Shown here piece after piece: positions 37,755 through 52,224 of a stretch of DNA of 64,000 nucleotides (the stretch's first letter is position 1; the number at the start of each line of letters is the position of its first letter). The notes under the pieces were generated by a model. That model was not told the origin of the DNA. It did no database searches and saw only the letters and a program-made list of their open reading frames with translations. Source of the stretch: Octopus sinensis (taxonomy: Eukaryota); contig NC_042999.1 of assembly GCF_006345805.1 (NCBI RefSeq), forward strand, positions 33,790,001-33,854,000, read 5' to 3'. The position numbers and the translations under genes were made by a program.

Positions 37755-38940
37755 CAGCGCGTGATGGGTAAATTTTCGCCATTTCATAATTTCAATTTCG
37801 CGCATAGTTTGTTTCTGATTTTGTCAAATACAGAGTATAGGAGGGTCAGTTGGGCACCGTCTGTGAGAAAAAACTACTATGACGCAATTCACTCAGCAGG
37901 AAATTTGGAAATGAAATACTGTTCTGCTTGGCATTGACGTTGGAAGCTCCAATATGAAAATTTCAGAGTGTTTGTCTGTCGATCTGAGGACAGTGCAGAT
38001 GATTCGGAGAGAGTTAGATGATTCTAATGGTTTTTATGAAGGTACAGCAACTAGAAAAAACTCACGTGGATCGTTCTGATAAGAAAAGAAGTCCTGAATT
38101 TTATTGTGAGATCCAGGTCATGATTGACAACGATACCCCCAAGTCAATCAGGTCCATTACCAGGGGCATGGGAGTGTCCGATTTCCTTATTAGGCGGGTA
38201 GTGCATGAAGGCATTCGTTATTCCTCATAGAAGATGAGAAAGGGCCATTAAGGACAAGAGGAAAGTTCGCGCTATGGAATTTAAAATAAAAACACAAGCT
38301 TGCGGTGTCCCAACAACATGTACCGAAAGTGCAAAAAATAAAACATCCAGTCAATATCATGATGATTGGAGTGATCACGAGTGATGGTGACGTTATGCTT
38401 CCATTCGCTCCCCACACGGTCCCACACTCAACTCGGAGGCCTACATCATGTGCCTGCAGGACGTAGAGTTGCCCTGTGTCAAGAGAGTGGCTGCTAGAAG
38501 ACCCTACATATGGTAACAGGTATCTGCATCATGCCACACAACCAGAAGAATGCAATCATGGCTGTCAGACAATTCCTGGGACCACATCAACGCTAACATC
38601 TGGCCACCTATCGCTCCAGACTGCAACCTCTTAATTATTATGCGTGTGGCGCAGTTGAGCAAGTGGCCAAAAGAACTCGTAACAACAAAGATGAACTGAC
38701 GGCAAGGATTGATGCAGCATTCCCCAACTGAAACAAGGAGACCGTTCTGAAGGTTTGCAGGAGATTCCAAAGATGTCTGGAGGCCGTGGTTGAAGCCAAT
38801 TGCGATTTTATTGAATAAATTTACTCTTTAATATTTCAAGATATTTTTTGTGTAATTGTGGTAAATATATCTGTTAAAATGAGATGCCCGTGTTCTTTTC
38901 AATTTTGCGTAATTGAGACGAAAACTTTTCACCGCAAATG
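37755..38940 (+). mobile_element. Tc1/mariner-superfamily transposon (maT/DD37D-like), near full length, decayed
   Basis: TA on both flanks, imperfect TIRs, KIKHPVNIMMIGVITSDG and IWPPIAPDCN motifs, many stops. Confidence 0.85.
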
Positions 38941-38948
38941 TATATATA

Positions 38949-39780
38949 CAGGGCAAGTTCATTAAAAATTTCCGCTGACCCTCTTGGCATAATTATTAGC
39001 CCTTTGCTACATAGGCACCACCATTGGTGACACTCTTCTCCCATCGATTTATGCAGATGCGAAACTCTCGTAATTAGAAGTCGGTAGGTTGCGACATTAC
39101 CTGGGAAGTAAGTTCATTATCATCCGAAAAGTACTTCCCCTTCAAAAAGTCTTCATGTTTTGAAAGATGTGGAAGTCAGATTATGTGAAGTCTGGAGAGT
39201 AAAGAGGACAAGAAAGAATTCATAGCCGCTGGGGTATGCTTTCATCTGGGCAACATGCGCATTGTGAACTAGAACGTAAACGTGGAGGAGGCGGACTACT
39301 TTGGTCAGCATGCCGCGCCTCTTTGATTTGAGACATCCTGCAATTTCTACAGCAGAGAAGCATTATATGCCCCGTAAATTGCGATGTCATTTGCTAGAAA
39401 ATCCATCATCGCTATTCTGCACTGGCCCAAACGACTGTGAACATCACCTTGTCTGCTGAGAGTTGGATACGAGACTACTTTGGTGGTTGTGAGTTATCAT
39501 GCTTCCATTCCTTCGACTGGACTTTAATCTCAGGATCATAGTAATGGACACGTGTTTCATCCCGTGTGACAAGACATCCTTCTTTCCTTGGCACACTGCT
39601 GAAAGTGCCTGGGAGCGACTGACTCGTTTCTTATCCTGAAAAGGTGTGAGCATCCGAAGAATCCAGTGTACAGAAAACTTCCACATGGAAAAATGGTCAT
39701 GAATGATTTCTTTCCTTATCTTCACCTTTTGGGCTAGTTGCCGAATAGCTTCCAATTTTTGGATGGTGTCGTCATCAATG
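38949..39780 (-). mobile_element. mariner remnant (catalytic domain, 3' TIR), 5'-truncated
   Basis: MWKFSVHWILRMLTPFQ resembles WVPRxLT; decayed TGDETW and HPPYSPDLAPSD regions; TIR cagggcaagttcattaaaaa. Confidence 0.8.
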
Positions 39781-39789
39781 ATAGAATGA

Positions 39790-40370
39790 TATATAAAGAT
39801 ACCTTGCTACTCCTATGGAGAATATTTCCCATTCTGTTGTCTGGATTACTGGTCCCAGCTGTGGTCACCACTGAGCCTCAAATTGGTAGCAGAACGTAAT
39901 GCAATTTAGTGCCTCTACACAATGAAAATTGACTCGGTAAAACAGATGAGCTACTGAGAGATGTTAAAATAACTGAAGCTCTACTCCTTGAATACAAGGC
40001 GGGAAAGGTATGCAGTGATATACATATGGAATATCCTAGAAAGTTTTGCTCACAACTTTGAAGTTAAAAACTAATCCAATCACCGAACAGAACGGGACGA
40101 TATACTACTAAAGATACTCTTCTTCATCTCAGATTAGGACCCATTATTGTAACAGCTCGGTTTTCAGGAGACCACAACTGCCAAGGAGGATAAGAGATCT
40201 GCAAGGTGTAGATTTGGAAGCGTTAAAAAACGTGAACAAATTTCTCTCTGAAATCCCAGATGAGACCACATCACGACAGGAAGAACAAAGAGGGGCAGCT
40301 TCGGCCAATGCGCTTCTTCACCAAAAACAGTCCCGAAAAGAAACCCCAAAACCACTTAAAGGTCGTGCTC
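39790..40370 (+). mobile_element. CR1-group LINE ORF2 3' fragment
   Basis: LDYWSQLWSP, LKLYSLNTRRERYAVIYIWNILE, IRTHYCNS, IRDLQGVDLEALK...FLSEIPDE...AASANALL match the CR1-type RT C-terminus. Confidence 0.85.
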
Positions 40371-41297
40371 CAGCATAACTCCAGCCATATATATTGAAAC
40401 TTGCTACAGCCTTCTGCAGGTTAGGGTAATCCAATGCAATTGTTATTTTACAAGAGGAATGTTGTGCTTCTTCCATGCGCATAAGTATTCACTGAGAAGT
40501 TGCATGTGCGACGGAAAGAAGATATGTTATATTAATATTCATGCCTATCTACTTTATCATTCTGTCATGTTTATACCTTACCTGTTAAGAGATAAGTGTC
40601 AACTGCATTGTTTCCCGTGCAACAATTGATATATGGCGTACATAATACACGAAGCAAATACTTAACATATAACGAGAGGCTTTTGATGGCATTCACATCG
40701 TATTTCGTTGAAATACGATCAGCAGTATTTGATTATTTCAGTTCTTATTATGTAGTTAAAGATCAAAGGGAAACTGTCATCAATTTATCTCGAGATACAG
40801 TTACAAATATTTGTAACGCTATACTTGTTTACTTGTTCGGAGAATTCATTCTAATCTTTTTGTGTTTCATTTCGCAGCTGCACATGTTAGTAGATTATTT
40901 TCTTATCATGCTTGATCAAGTGACGAATAAAATATCTTGTAGTCGTTTGCTCATCTGTACATGGCAAATACAGTGAGGCGTTACTGATGACAACTGTAGC
41001 TCACTCCCCTGTATGTGCAATATACAGTGAAGAATGCGTATATGGAGTTCAAATATCACATCTAAAAACAAACTTCCGGATGACTGATAAATTAATTTAA
41101 AGCATGATAAACAACATCAAAGTAAACGATAACAACTGTAAAGGTAAGAGAAAATATGAAAGAAATATTGGAGGAGAATTGTTAGAAGATGAAACCAAAT
41201 AAGAATGATGACGCTCCAATAATTATATGTTAAGTATAGTGGATATTAGAATTTGACAAAGTATATAATTATCTAGTCGCGCCCCCTCTATTTTCTT

Positions 41298-41333
<36 letters not shown>

Positions 41334-41744
41334 ACACACATACATACAGATACACCCAAACATACGCACATATAGACACACGCGCGAACACACATATATA
41401 TGCATGTGTGTGTTATAGGTTCTGTTTCCAACCCAACTAAGGGATAATATCTATCCAATATACTGCTGGTAGAATACACAAGTGTTTTTTATTGCATGCA
41501 ATTACACTACTGAATGTAATAAAATGGGCGAGTGTAAAAAGTTGTTTTACCCTTAATTTATACGGCGATAAGTAAATGGAGAGGATCAAGAAATGGTATT
41601 CATCAACATCTAGACATTATATTATGTTTATTTATTAAAAAGAAAAACATAATATTATACATACGTGTATAACAGATTATGCTTTACAAAATATTTTATA
41701 AAAATACCAGTAATTATTAAAATATATAACGTAGAACATAGAAA

Positions 41745-41880
41745 GTAGAATAGTTTCTTACAGCTGTTTCGCCCAATATGTCACAGTAACCCCACTTTAC
41801 TTTCATCTCTTCGGTGAACTGAAGTATTTACTAGATAAAATTAAGGTACTTGGGTGTGCCGCTGTGCTTCGTCAGAGAGT
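41745..41880 (-). ncRNA. Degenerate PLE-type hammerhead remnant
   Basis: Minus strand CTGACGA (41874-68) ... GAAAC-AGCT-GTA (41770-59); stems I and II pair only weakly. Confidence 0.35.
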
Positions 41881-41936
41881 TTAGAAAGTTCATAAGGTTA
41901 AGTTATAAATATAAATACATACATATATATACACAT

Positions 41937-42028
<92 letters not shown>

Positions 42029-42363
42029 TTTTATATGCATACAATGGAATCAATTATTATCATTATTATTAGGTGTATTATATTATTCGTATTAGATAAA
42101 GTATAAACAGAGAAAAGAGAATATTATCAAAAGAAAAATAATAGTGGAATTTAAATAATCAATCTAGCTTATGGGTATCTTTGTTTTGTAGGATTGAAAA
42201 AGGTATATAAATGAGAAATACACATACACACACCCACACACCCACACATACACATAAATGTACGTACAAACATATGCGTAGGCACATAAATATTTCATGT
42301 GTTGAGGAGGGTGGATTACTGGAGTAGTTCGTTCTTTTCATATATTTATAACTATACGCAAAC

Positions 42364-42435
<72 letters not shown>

Positions 42436-43179
42436 GTATATATATATATGTATGTATATGTATATATATATATACATGCGATATGTTTCCTATTGACCAC
42501 TTGAGATAAAGCCCCACAATATGAGGGTTACAGTTTATATTAATACTTGTGATATTAGTCGGTACGAAAATAATAAATTCCCCGGGTATTAATCGAGTTA
42601 CATTATTATTTTCTATTACTCTTTATTTATAGAGTTACTGAAAACCTTCGGGAGGTGCGGAGGGGGTTGTGATCAGTCTCGTAATCTAATTGGTCATCTA
42701 TTGTTTTGAAAGGCCATCACTTTGTTATGGTTGGTTAATGGATAATCGATAACATAAACAACATATAGGCAAATATATATAAATGCATAAAAATAAAAAC
42801 AAATTATCTAAGGTTAACCATTAGTAGGTAGGATAGTAAAAATCAATACAGAAATTAATATAGGGAACTGATTCAATTATATTATTTAAATTAAGATAAA
42901 TTATGTTAAATTAAGAAATATAAAATTAAAATGTGGATGAGTTTATATATTTATATACATATATTTTTTTTTCTAGTTTCAGCTCAGAGCTGGGGCCATG
43001 CTGATGCACCGCCGTTTTGTGCTACACTGTTATTACGACGAACCTCGTCTAATATGTGGTACTTGGTGAAGAATGGAGTTTGATATAGCTACTCTCATTT
43101 GCACCTCTTGCCGTGAGGTAGGTTCATCTGGAACTCTTGACAGGAAGATGTCCAGCTTTGATTTAAAAACCGCTACCTC

Positions 43180-43252
<73 letters not shown>

Positions 43253-43805
43253 CCTTCAATAATAACACATGTATCTGTCTAATTGGGGGGAATCATTTGT
43301 ATATTTACTAAACCGTATGGGTAATACAGGGTTAAAATTATATATTGGAAATTATTGGGACCAAATTCATATAAGGAACATCAGACCAAATCCGACCGTA
43401 CAAGTTTTTTAATAAGTCGTTATTTATCGATAAAATTATGTTTAGAATATATTCTCCAATAAAATACATTAATTTCAGTGCTCCATGCAAAAGTGTTGAG
43501 TTAATTAATGAACTAACTCAATATATACCCACACATACCCTTTTTTATATATACTTACATATTACTAAGTTTCCGTTATTTATCGCTAATATATATATTT
43601 TTTTTCCCGAGAACAATTCTTAGTGGTTCAGTCCCTTTGCGGATCTTTATCTAGCATAAGAGTGTCCACATAGCGGATTCTCTCACATATTTGTGTATTA
43701 ATAATATTTACTGAATCTCAGTCTTTTATGCGCTAGGCCGTTGGTGTTTAAATTGATGTTATCATATTAGTATCCACCTTTTTCACCCTCATTTTGACTT
43801 TAATC

Positions 43806-43868
<63 letters not shown>

Positions 43869-44004
43869 AATATATTTACGTATGTTCACATACACGTATA
43901 TATATATGGATGAATAGTTGTATGGATATATATTTTAAAATATTTTTAGATTATGTATATACCTATGTATAGATAGGTAGAGAGATAGACAGACAGGCAG
44001 ACAA

Positions 44005-44111
<107 letters not shown>

Positions 44112-45028
44112 CCAAACTTTTTACCTAGCAAGTCCTAGTAATAGGAACGTTATGCATAAATGTAAGTCTAATGTAAACTTCACTTGCAAAATTTCCCGTT
44201 ACTACCAGCGAGCTCAGGAGCTCCTAGTTTCTAAGCTGATTTCAGTGAAACAGGCGTGCTTCCTCGAATGAATACAAATAATTATGAATAAAAAGAAATT
44301 CACAAAGGTGTTCATATTTATTATGTTGTGTCTGGTGAGAGTCATTTTCTTTTTGTGCCTTATAATGTAACACACAGACCGGTAAGATTTCCACTTATTT
44401 CTTATTTTTATTTTCCTAAATTTTTCGTTGCGTCTTGCTTCAACATACGAACTCATATAAAGATTCTTGCAAACCAAATCCAAAAACAAAAATTCATATT
44501 TATAATTTATTAGAAATACCTGTTGGTAGCTTTTGAGCATTTACTTCTTTCTCTACTTGCGCATCCTTAATGTATTTCTCTTTGCACAAGTGGATACAGA
44601 CGTGTAATTACGTTACTAATGTAATTGTTTATGAATAATATATAACATTAATACCAGAACGAAGAGCTTACCTTAGACATTTTTGTGCTTTCTCAAAAGT
44701 AATTTCAGTAAGAGTATAGTATTAACTGTCTTCCAAGCATCTCACCCTACATATTCTTTGTATCACCATTTTGCAATCGCAAAGTTAAACAATACCATGT
44801 TTCTATTTTTTCATAATTATGTTTTATCAGATTGCATTTAATATGAAATACAATACAAGTACATATCAACTATTGTTTATTTAATACTTTCCAGAATCCG
44901 GTGATTTTATTCCTTATCATTTCTTATATAGGAAGAAGACATTAAATATATCAATGTACTCCATTTTATTTTTACATAAGCATTAGTTTCATTCTACAGA
45001 TATAAATAATATATATATAAATATATAA

Positions 45029-45161
<133 letters not shown>

Positions 45162-45905
45162 CAAGACAACATTCTCAAGTGAATAACAAAGATAAAATTC
45201 ATATGAAAAATAATTTTGCAACTAAGTGCATACGCCAATTCTTTTCTTTAAAATTTTATTTTTTTACTACTTTTTCTAGAAACATTTCTCTTCGAGGAAA
45301 CACTAGAACTGTCCATGTATTGTTAGAACTGGTTTGTCAAGTCTGTTAATTTCACTGCTTCATTAAAGTATCATTTGATACCTGAAGCATCTAATTTTTT
45401 AATCAATTTATTGATGTTTTTTCATTCCACAATCAATACGAACGTAAGAAGTTCATATGCTTTTAGATATCGTTTAACGTTAGTGTGTGTTTATTACAAT
45501 CATAATTTTATAGATGTCTTTATATAAACTGAAGTTTTGCTACCATACTTAAAAACCATACGATGCTGTTTGAAAGACTAAAAAGAATGTGGTGCGAATA
45601 CTTCTTGCAGATTGTGCCAACCAGAACACTTAAAGTTTTATGGAACACCAACAATTCCAGTAACTATTACAGTAATAAAGCCCCCACCCCCACACATACA
45701 TACACATATGTGTGTGAGTGTGTGTGTGTATAAATATATGTATATATTTATATATGTATGTGTATAAATTCATATATATATGTATATGTACATATGTATA
45801 TATATATTAGTACGTATTTATATACATGAATATATATATATCACGAATATATATATAGGTATATGTGTAAATAGACACAAATATATATATAAACACACAC
45901 ACACA

Positions 45906-45973
<68 letters not shown>

Positions 45974-46984
45974 TATATATATATACATATATATATACGT
46001 ATTTATGCATATGTATATATAAAATTAGATACACACACACGTATATGTATATATATAGATATATATAAATATATATCCATATATATACATGTATATGTAT
46101 AGATAGATACATATACATATATATATATATATATACATATATATACACACATATATTATATATATATATGGCAAATGACGAGAAAATATTTTGGGTGTTC
46201 CTAGTGAATTCATAACAGATCATCAGGGAAAGCTTTATTGCATTAAGTCACAGAGAACTAATATCAAGATGTCGAAATGTGTCGAGGCATTCTATAAGTA
46301 TTTTGAAAGTGAAACAGAAAGCATTTGACAGAGAAAGAAAATGATTAAGAAACGAGGGGGAGAGTAAAAGAGAGTGAATGGGAGTAGGCAATAAAGAGAG
46401 GAAGGAGAACAGAGTCCAAGACGACTAGAGAAAAAATGGAGAGAAAAGAGGATGAGATGAAAAGAAAGAATAAGAGAGAAACAGAAGAATCTACGTTGGT
46501 CAACTATAAAGGAGATAAGAATATTAGATTATATAACAACATGATGACTGGAAATGTATATTAAAATATATAAATAAATGCCCCGAACAGACAGAGGAGA
46601 ACAGAGTGCAACATAAGAATACATAGAGGGAAATGGAGAACATGGCACTGAAAGGAATGTAAGAAACTATAGAAAGAGAAGTCAGTAAATCATGTGTGAA
46701 AAACATAGTGATTAATACCAAGAGATTGGAAGTGAATATATGCACAAATGTATACATTGATATGGGTAGATCATAGCATTACAGAAGATAGGTATCCAAT
46801 GGCAATTTGGTATATTTCAAAATGACTAATTGTAAATACTCGTAGCTTTACTAGGTAAAATGCATAGATTCATACAAACAAGAGAGTATGCATGCACACT
46901 CTCATATTGTCTCACTCTTCCTCTCTCTCTCTCTCTCTCCACTATCTTTCTCTCAGCCTCTCTATGTATACAGACACACGCAAA

Positions 46985-47155
46985 CACACACATATATATA
47001 CGACGGGCTTCTTTCAGTTTCCATCTAACCCACAAGGCTTTAGTCGGTCCGGGGCTATAGTAGGAGACACTCGCCCAAGATGCCATGCAGTGGGACTGAT
47101 CCGGGACCCACGGGGCTCGGAAGCAAGCTTCTTACAACACGGTTACACCTGTGCG
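46985..47155 (-). mobile_element. Family B SINE, head half
   Basis: cgacgggcttctttcagtttcc...gcagtgggactga. Confidence 0.75.
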
Positions 47156-47309
47156 TATATATAAAAACAAAATAAATCCTCAGCTGCCAACTTCGAATTA
47201 ACTCGTGTAAAAAGTACTGAAATTCTTTGAAATCTTTAATCTTTCGTATCATAAACAAAAATTTAAGCTACATAAACTTTCCAAACATCCAGGACAAATT
47301 CTTTTCTAA

Positions 47310-47852
47310 TCTAAGGCACAAGGCTAGAAATTTTGGGGAAGGGAGTCAGTCGATTAGATCGAACCCAGTATACAAAAGCTACTTAATTTATCGAACCCGA
47401 AAGGATGAAAGGCAAAAGCGACCTCGGCGGAATTTGAACTCATAACATAAAAACAGACGAAATACCTATTTCTTTACTACCCACAAGGGGCTAAACACAG
47501 AAGGGACAGACAAACGGATTAAGTTGATTATATCGACCCTCAGTGCGTAACTGGTACCTATTTAATCGACCCCGAAAGGATGAAAGGTAAAGTCGACCTA
47601 GGCGGAATTTGAACTCAGAACGTAACAGCAGACTAAATACCTATTTCTTTACTACCCACAAGGGGCTAAACACAGAGAGGACAAACAAGGAGAGACAAAC
47701 GGATTAAGTCGACTATATCGACCCCAGTGCGTAACTGGTACTTAATTTATCTACCCCGAAAGGATGAATGTCGACCTCGGCAGAATTTGAACTCAGACAG
47801 TAACGGCAGATGAAATGCCGCTAAGCATTTCGGCCGGTGTGCTCGCCGCCTT
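47310..47852 (-). mobile_element. Head-to-tail array of three family A SINE units
   Basis: Units at ~47330-47465, 47466-47641 and 47642-47852. Confidence 0.85.
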
Positions 47853-48730
47853 AACATCCAAGACAAATTATTAATGGTCTAATAAAAAATAATAAATCAT
47901 TGAGAATATCCATTATTAATAGGACCTTCAATAAGAATGTTTTGTATTACGATGATGCCTAAGGAGCATAATGAAGTATCAATTACATAGAAAATAGTAA
48001 TTTCAAAACATGACCAACAAAGATGACATGACATGTATAATGCAAAGATGTACCCAACTATAATTTCCGGGAAGCATTATATTGCCCTCTGAACGGAAAT
48101 TGCTCACTACAAATGAAATGTTTAACACAGACAGCTTTAAATTTTACATTGATTCTCCGAAATATTTTTTCTTAAAAAAGAAGAAAAAAAGCAACTTCTA
48201 CTCGGATAAAAATTCCTTTTTCAAAACAAGGCGCGCTCACAAAACATAACTTTCCGAATATATACATGGCATAAGATCAAATAATATAGATTAGAAATTT
48301 ATCGATATTATATACTACGGCTCCCAGTAGAGAGGAAAGACGCCGCTGTCTATTACGTTTAATAAAGCACTGGAAATGCCTGGCGATGACATTCTTAACA
48401 ACAGAAAATAGATAATTATTAACTGTTTACACAGAAAGTGTATAAGTTTCAAAATGAATAAGAATAATACTGAAGATTAACAAATAATTTGTGCGTATAT
48501 ATGCCTACATTAATAAATATACTCCTTATATCTACACGCACGGAAGTAGTTATGCATATGCATAAGTGTATGTATTTAAATGTGTGTGTATCAATCTATG
48601 TATCTATGTGTGTGTTTGTGCGTGAGTGTATGTGTGTGAATGTGTGTGTGCGAGTAGGTATATATGTGTGTATGTGTGCATAAATATATGTGTTATGGAT
48701 GTATCTATTATGTATTTAAGTATGAATATA

Positions 48731-49810
48731 TTGGTTCATCCCATAAATAATGAATTTTTTTCAATTACATGTACTAAGAGTCGGAGGGGGGCGGGATAGT
48801 CTACCTGTATCAACTTGCAAGAAAAGCAGGTGGTAATTTTACTTTGACCCTTATTATTAATGGTAGTTTTGAAGTGTCCAGTTCGGTATTAACAGTTATT
48901 TTTTCGGAGCTATAATGGAAGTTACGGAGGAGCACATTCGGCATATTTTGCTTTAAGTGTTCAATAAAGACAACGCAACGGAGAGTCCGAGGAATATTAA
49001 TGCATTATATGGGGATCGGACGACAAACGTAACCAGTTCCTGAAATTCCGAGCCGGAAACTACAGCCTAGAAGACGAGCATCGTCCTGAAGCGAGTGTGA
49101 ACGGCGGTTCCTGAAATTCCGAGCCGGAAACTACAGTCTAGAAGACGAGCATCGTCCTGGAATATATGTAGCGCTCGACGAGGACGTCCTGCAAAACTTG
49201 GTGGAACAAAAACCCATCGTAACTTGTAGGGGATCTAGCAGAGAAGCTTGGATTTGGTCGTTCAACCATTCATCGACATCGGCATGCCATCGGAAAAGAC
49301 AAACTTTCTGAGAATGTGTAATCTTCTTTGCTGTCACGTCTCACGAATGAACCTTTTCTGGACCGAATAGTGATTGTTGACGAGAAATGGGTTCTTCATG
49401 AAAATATCAAGCACCGCCACCCTAGGTTGAAGAATGTCTTCAGCCACGTAAGGCATTGTTATCTGTTTGGCGGGATATGAAAAGTTTAATCCACTTTGAA
49501 CTTCTAAACTCACAAAGGAAACGATAACAAAAATCTAAAGCGAGCAGCTCGAAGGACTTAAGTCAACGCAGGAAGAAAAAGAACCATCATTGATTTCAAG
49601 ACGAAAGGTGTTCTTCTATAATGCTTGGCCTTATACAACGCGGATGACATATCAAATGCTGGAGCAGTTTGAATGGGAAACGATGTCCAACCGACCATAT
49701 CTGCCACACATTGCCCCGTCTGATAATCATTTATTCCACAGTTTTCCAAATCATTTAGACGCAAAAAATATGAATGATGTCAGAACAGCATTGCAGGAGT
49801 ACTTTTCGTC
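48731..49810 (+). mobile_element. Decayed mariner (Mos1/SETMAR-like) with an internal 71-bp-period duplication
   Basis: TIR ttggttcatccc; MEVTEEHIRHILL, FLDRIVIVDEKW, YLPHIAPSDNHLF motifs. Confidence 0.9.
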
Positions 49811-49895
49811 ACTTGTTTCTACGCAACGTATTTCTCCAGGTGTGCTGTTACTTGATTATGCAACCGGTTACCTGCATTATGAGATCTAGTGTTCT

Positions 49896-50116
49896 GTTCT
49901 TTTATTCTTTTATTTGCTTCAGTCATTTGACTGCGGCTTTCCTGGAGCACCGCCTTTAGTCGAGCAAACCGACCCCAGGACTTATTCTCTGTAAACCTAG
50001 TACTTGTTCTGTCGGTCACTCTTGACGAACCGCTAAGTGACGGGGATGTAAACACACCAGCATCGGTTGTCAAGCGATGATGGGGGACAAACATACACAC
50101 ACACACACACGCACAT

Positions 50117-50175
<59 letters not shown>

Positions 50176-50210
50176 CATATATATATTATATATATATACA
50201 TTATATATAT

Positions 50211-50272
<62 letters not shown>

Positions 50273-50438
50273 GACGGGCTTCTTTCCGTTTCCGTTTACC
50301 AAATCCACTCACAAGGCTTGGTCGGCCCGGGGCTATAGCAGAAGACACTTGCTTGCCCAAGGTGCCACACAGTGTGACTGAACCCGGAACCATGTGGTTG
50401 GTAAGCAAGCTACTTACCACACAGCCACTCCTGCCCCT
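49896..50438 (-). mobile_element. Family B SINE with expanded internal (TA)n
   Basis: Colinear with the other family B copies. Confidence 0.9.
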
Positions 50439-50439
50439 A

Positions 50440-51715
50440 TTTGTAGTTATTTCGTGACGTTCAATTTTGTGATATTCCAGTCGATTATCAGTGTTTGTAG
50501 TGTTCTTGATGTTATTGCCTGTTTTGTTGATACTTTTTTAGCTTTAATTTGGATAGTGTTACAACTGCCTGGGTCGCTGTCCATGTTTATTGTATTTATT
50601 TTTGTTATTGTTCCTATACCTTGTGTTTTTTTTTTGTTCTGTTTGTTGCTTGTCTGTGATCGTTGTTTGTGTGTATATTTATTTATTGTTGTATTTGTGT
50701 ATGTTGTACTTTATGTTGTTGGATGTGCCGTACAATACTTTCATTGTATTCTTCATGAAGATACGATGGTATTTGTGTCTTTTAGCGAAGCACCTATCTA
50801 ACGCTGCAAGGAATTCTTTAACTATCTTCGATGATATTTGCAATCTGAAAGTGAAAGTTGGTTTATGCTATAAGATCTTGGATTTTTTTTTTGTTTTGTT
50901 TTTGGTTCCGTTAACCTATTTTGTGTTGCTGGCCTTTTGTGCGTCGCTTTTACTATTATTCTTATTCTTTCGAATTTTCTTTATTCTTTTCCTATCTTTC
51001 CATTGCGTCTTGGGATTTTGTGTTTTTATTGTTATGTTGTTTTTTCATGTTGTGTTTGCTTTCTACTTTAGGTGCATGAGCATTATTATAAGGTTGTCCC
51101 AAAAGTTCGTAGAAAGTCTTGGAAAATAATGGTCTTTATTTTGAGGAATAATTTTTGCTGTTTTTGTTAGTACTTGGCGAGTAAAAATTCAATTTTCGCA
51201 AGTGTTTACGAACATTTGGGACAACCTAATATTAGTTAGGGCTTTGCCACGTGTGAACTTGAGTTTCCCTTATACTCATCCCTAACTAGTGTTTCATTTT
51301 AGTAAGGTGCATGTATGTTGAATATTGTCTCGTTGATTGATGGCCATAATTGTTTTGTGGATAAATTCGTATCTGTTCCTTTGGTTATGGATGGCGGATG
51401 ATTGGACTTCACATTTATGTATGTAAGACAATTGTTCGGTTTGCCGTATGGTTCATAATCCCTGTTTCTAAGTTTAAAATAGCATCTAGGAAATTACGGT
51501 AATTACTGTCTATGGTTATAGATAGACATATGGTAATTACTGTCTATGGTTATAGATAGGCATAATTTTTTTAATAATTTGTGTAGATTTTTTTCTGTAT
51601 CGCTCTATTTCTAATTTAGTACAATTATGTCTTACGAAAAGATCGTCGTCTCTGAATATTTTGCCTATATGTCCTACGTCCCATTTTGATGGACATGTTA
51701 GACGCTATCAGTATC
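50440..51715 (-). pseudogene. Penelope-like element reverse transcriptase (motif 5, thumb, linker), decayed
   Basis: KIFRDDDLF...IERYRKKI, NFLDAILNLETG, YEPYGKPNNCLTYINVKSNHPPSITK, KEFLAALDRCFAKRHKYHRIFMKNTMKVLY. Confidence 0.85.
51089..51229. mobile_element. 141-bp mariner-type MITE nested in the Penelope fragment
   Basis: TIRs taaggttgtcccaaaagttcgta / tacgaacatttgggacaacctaa, TA target duplication. Confidence 0.85.
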
Positions 51716-51723
51716 GCCTGAGG

Positions 51724-51765
<42 letters not shown>

Positions 51766-51769
51766 ACAT

Positions 51770-51845
<76 letters not shown>

Positions 51846-52224
51846 CATACATACGTACATAGTGAAAGAACGAAATTTAATATATAGAGAGAGACGAGGA
51901 GCGATAGCAAAAGGAAAAGAGAAAGAAAGAAAGAATTCAATGAATGAATGAATGAGAGAAGCAGGCAAGCAAACAAAAAAAAAACGAAAGAAGAAAGAAA
52001 CTATGTTGGAGATAACCAAAGATATTCTTTTCTACTCTAGGTACAAGACCCGAAATTTGGAGATCGACCCCAGTACACAACCGGTACTTAATTTATCGAA
52101 CTCGAAAGGATGACAGGCAAAGTTGACCTCGACGGTATTTCAACCCAGAACGCAAGATAAACAAAGATATTAAAATATATAACTTAAATGAAGAAATGAA
52201 TATGCAAATATATAAATATATAAT

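Noticed and set aside
39786-40378. Apparent secreted-protein or neuropeptide gene (signal-like MIYKDTLLLLWRIFPILLSGLLVPAVV, AAG|GTATGC donor, KR/KKR sites)
   Set aside because: Other frames of the same DNA give continuous CR1 LINE ORF2 motifs (LDYWSQLWSP, LKLYSL..RRERY, IPDE), so the exon-like signals are coincidental.
46230-46800. Purine-skewed blocks (also 2880-3200, 15400-15860, 53150-53900, 62430-63250)
   Set aside because: Probably very old LINE or low-complexity debris; no diagnostic motif could be read, so they are not annotated.
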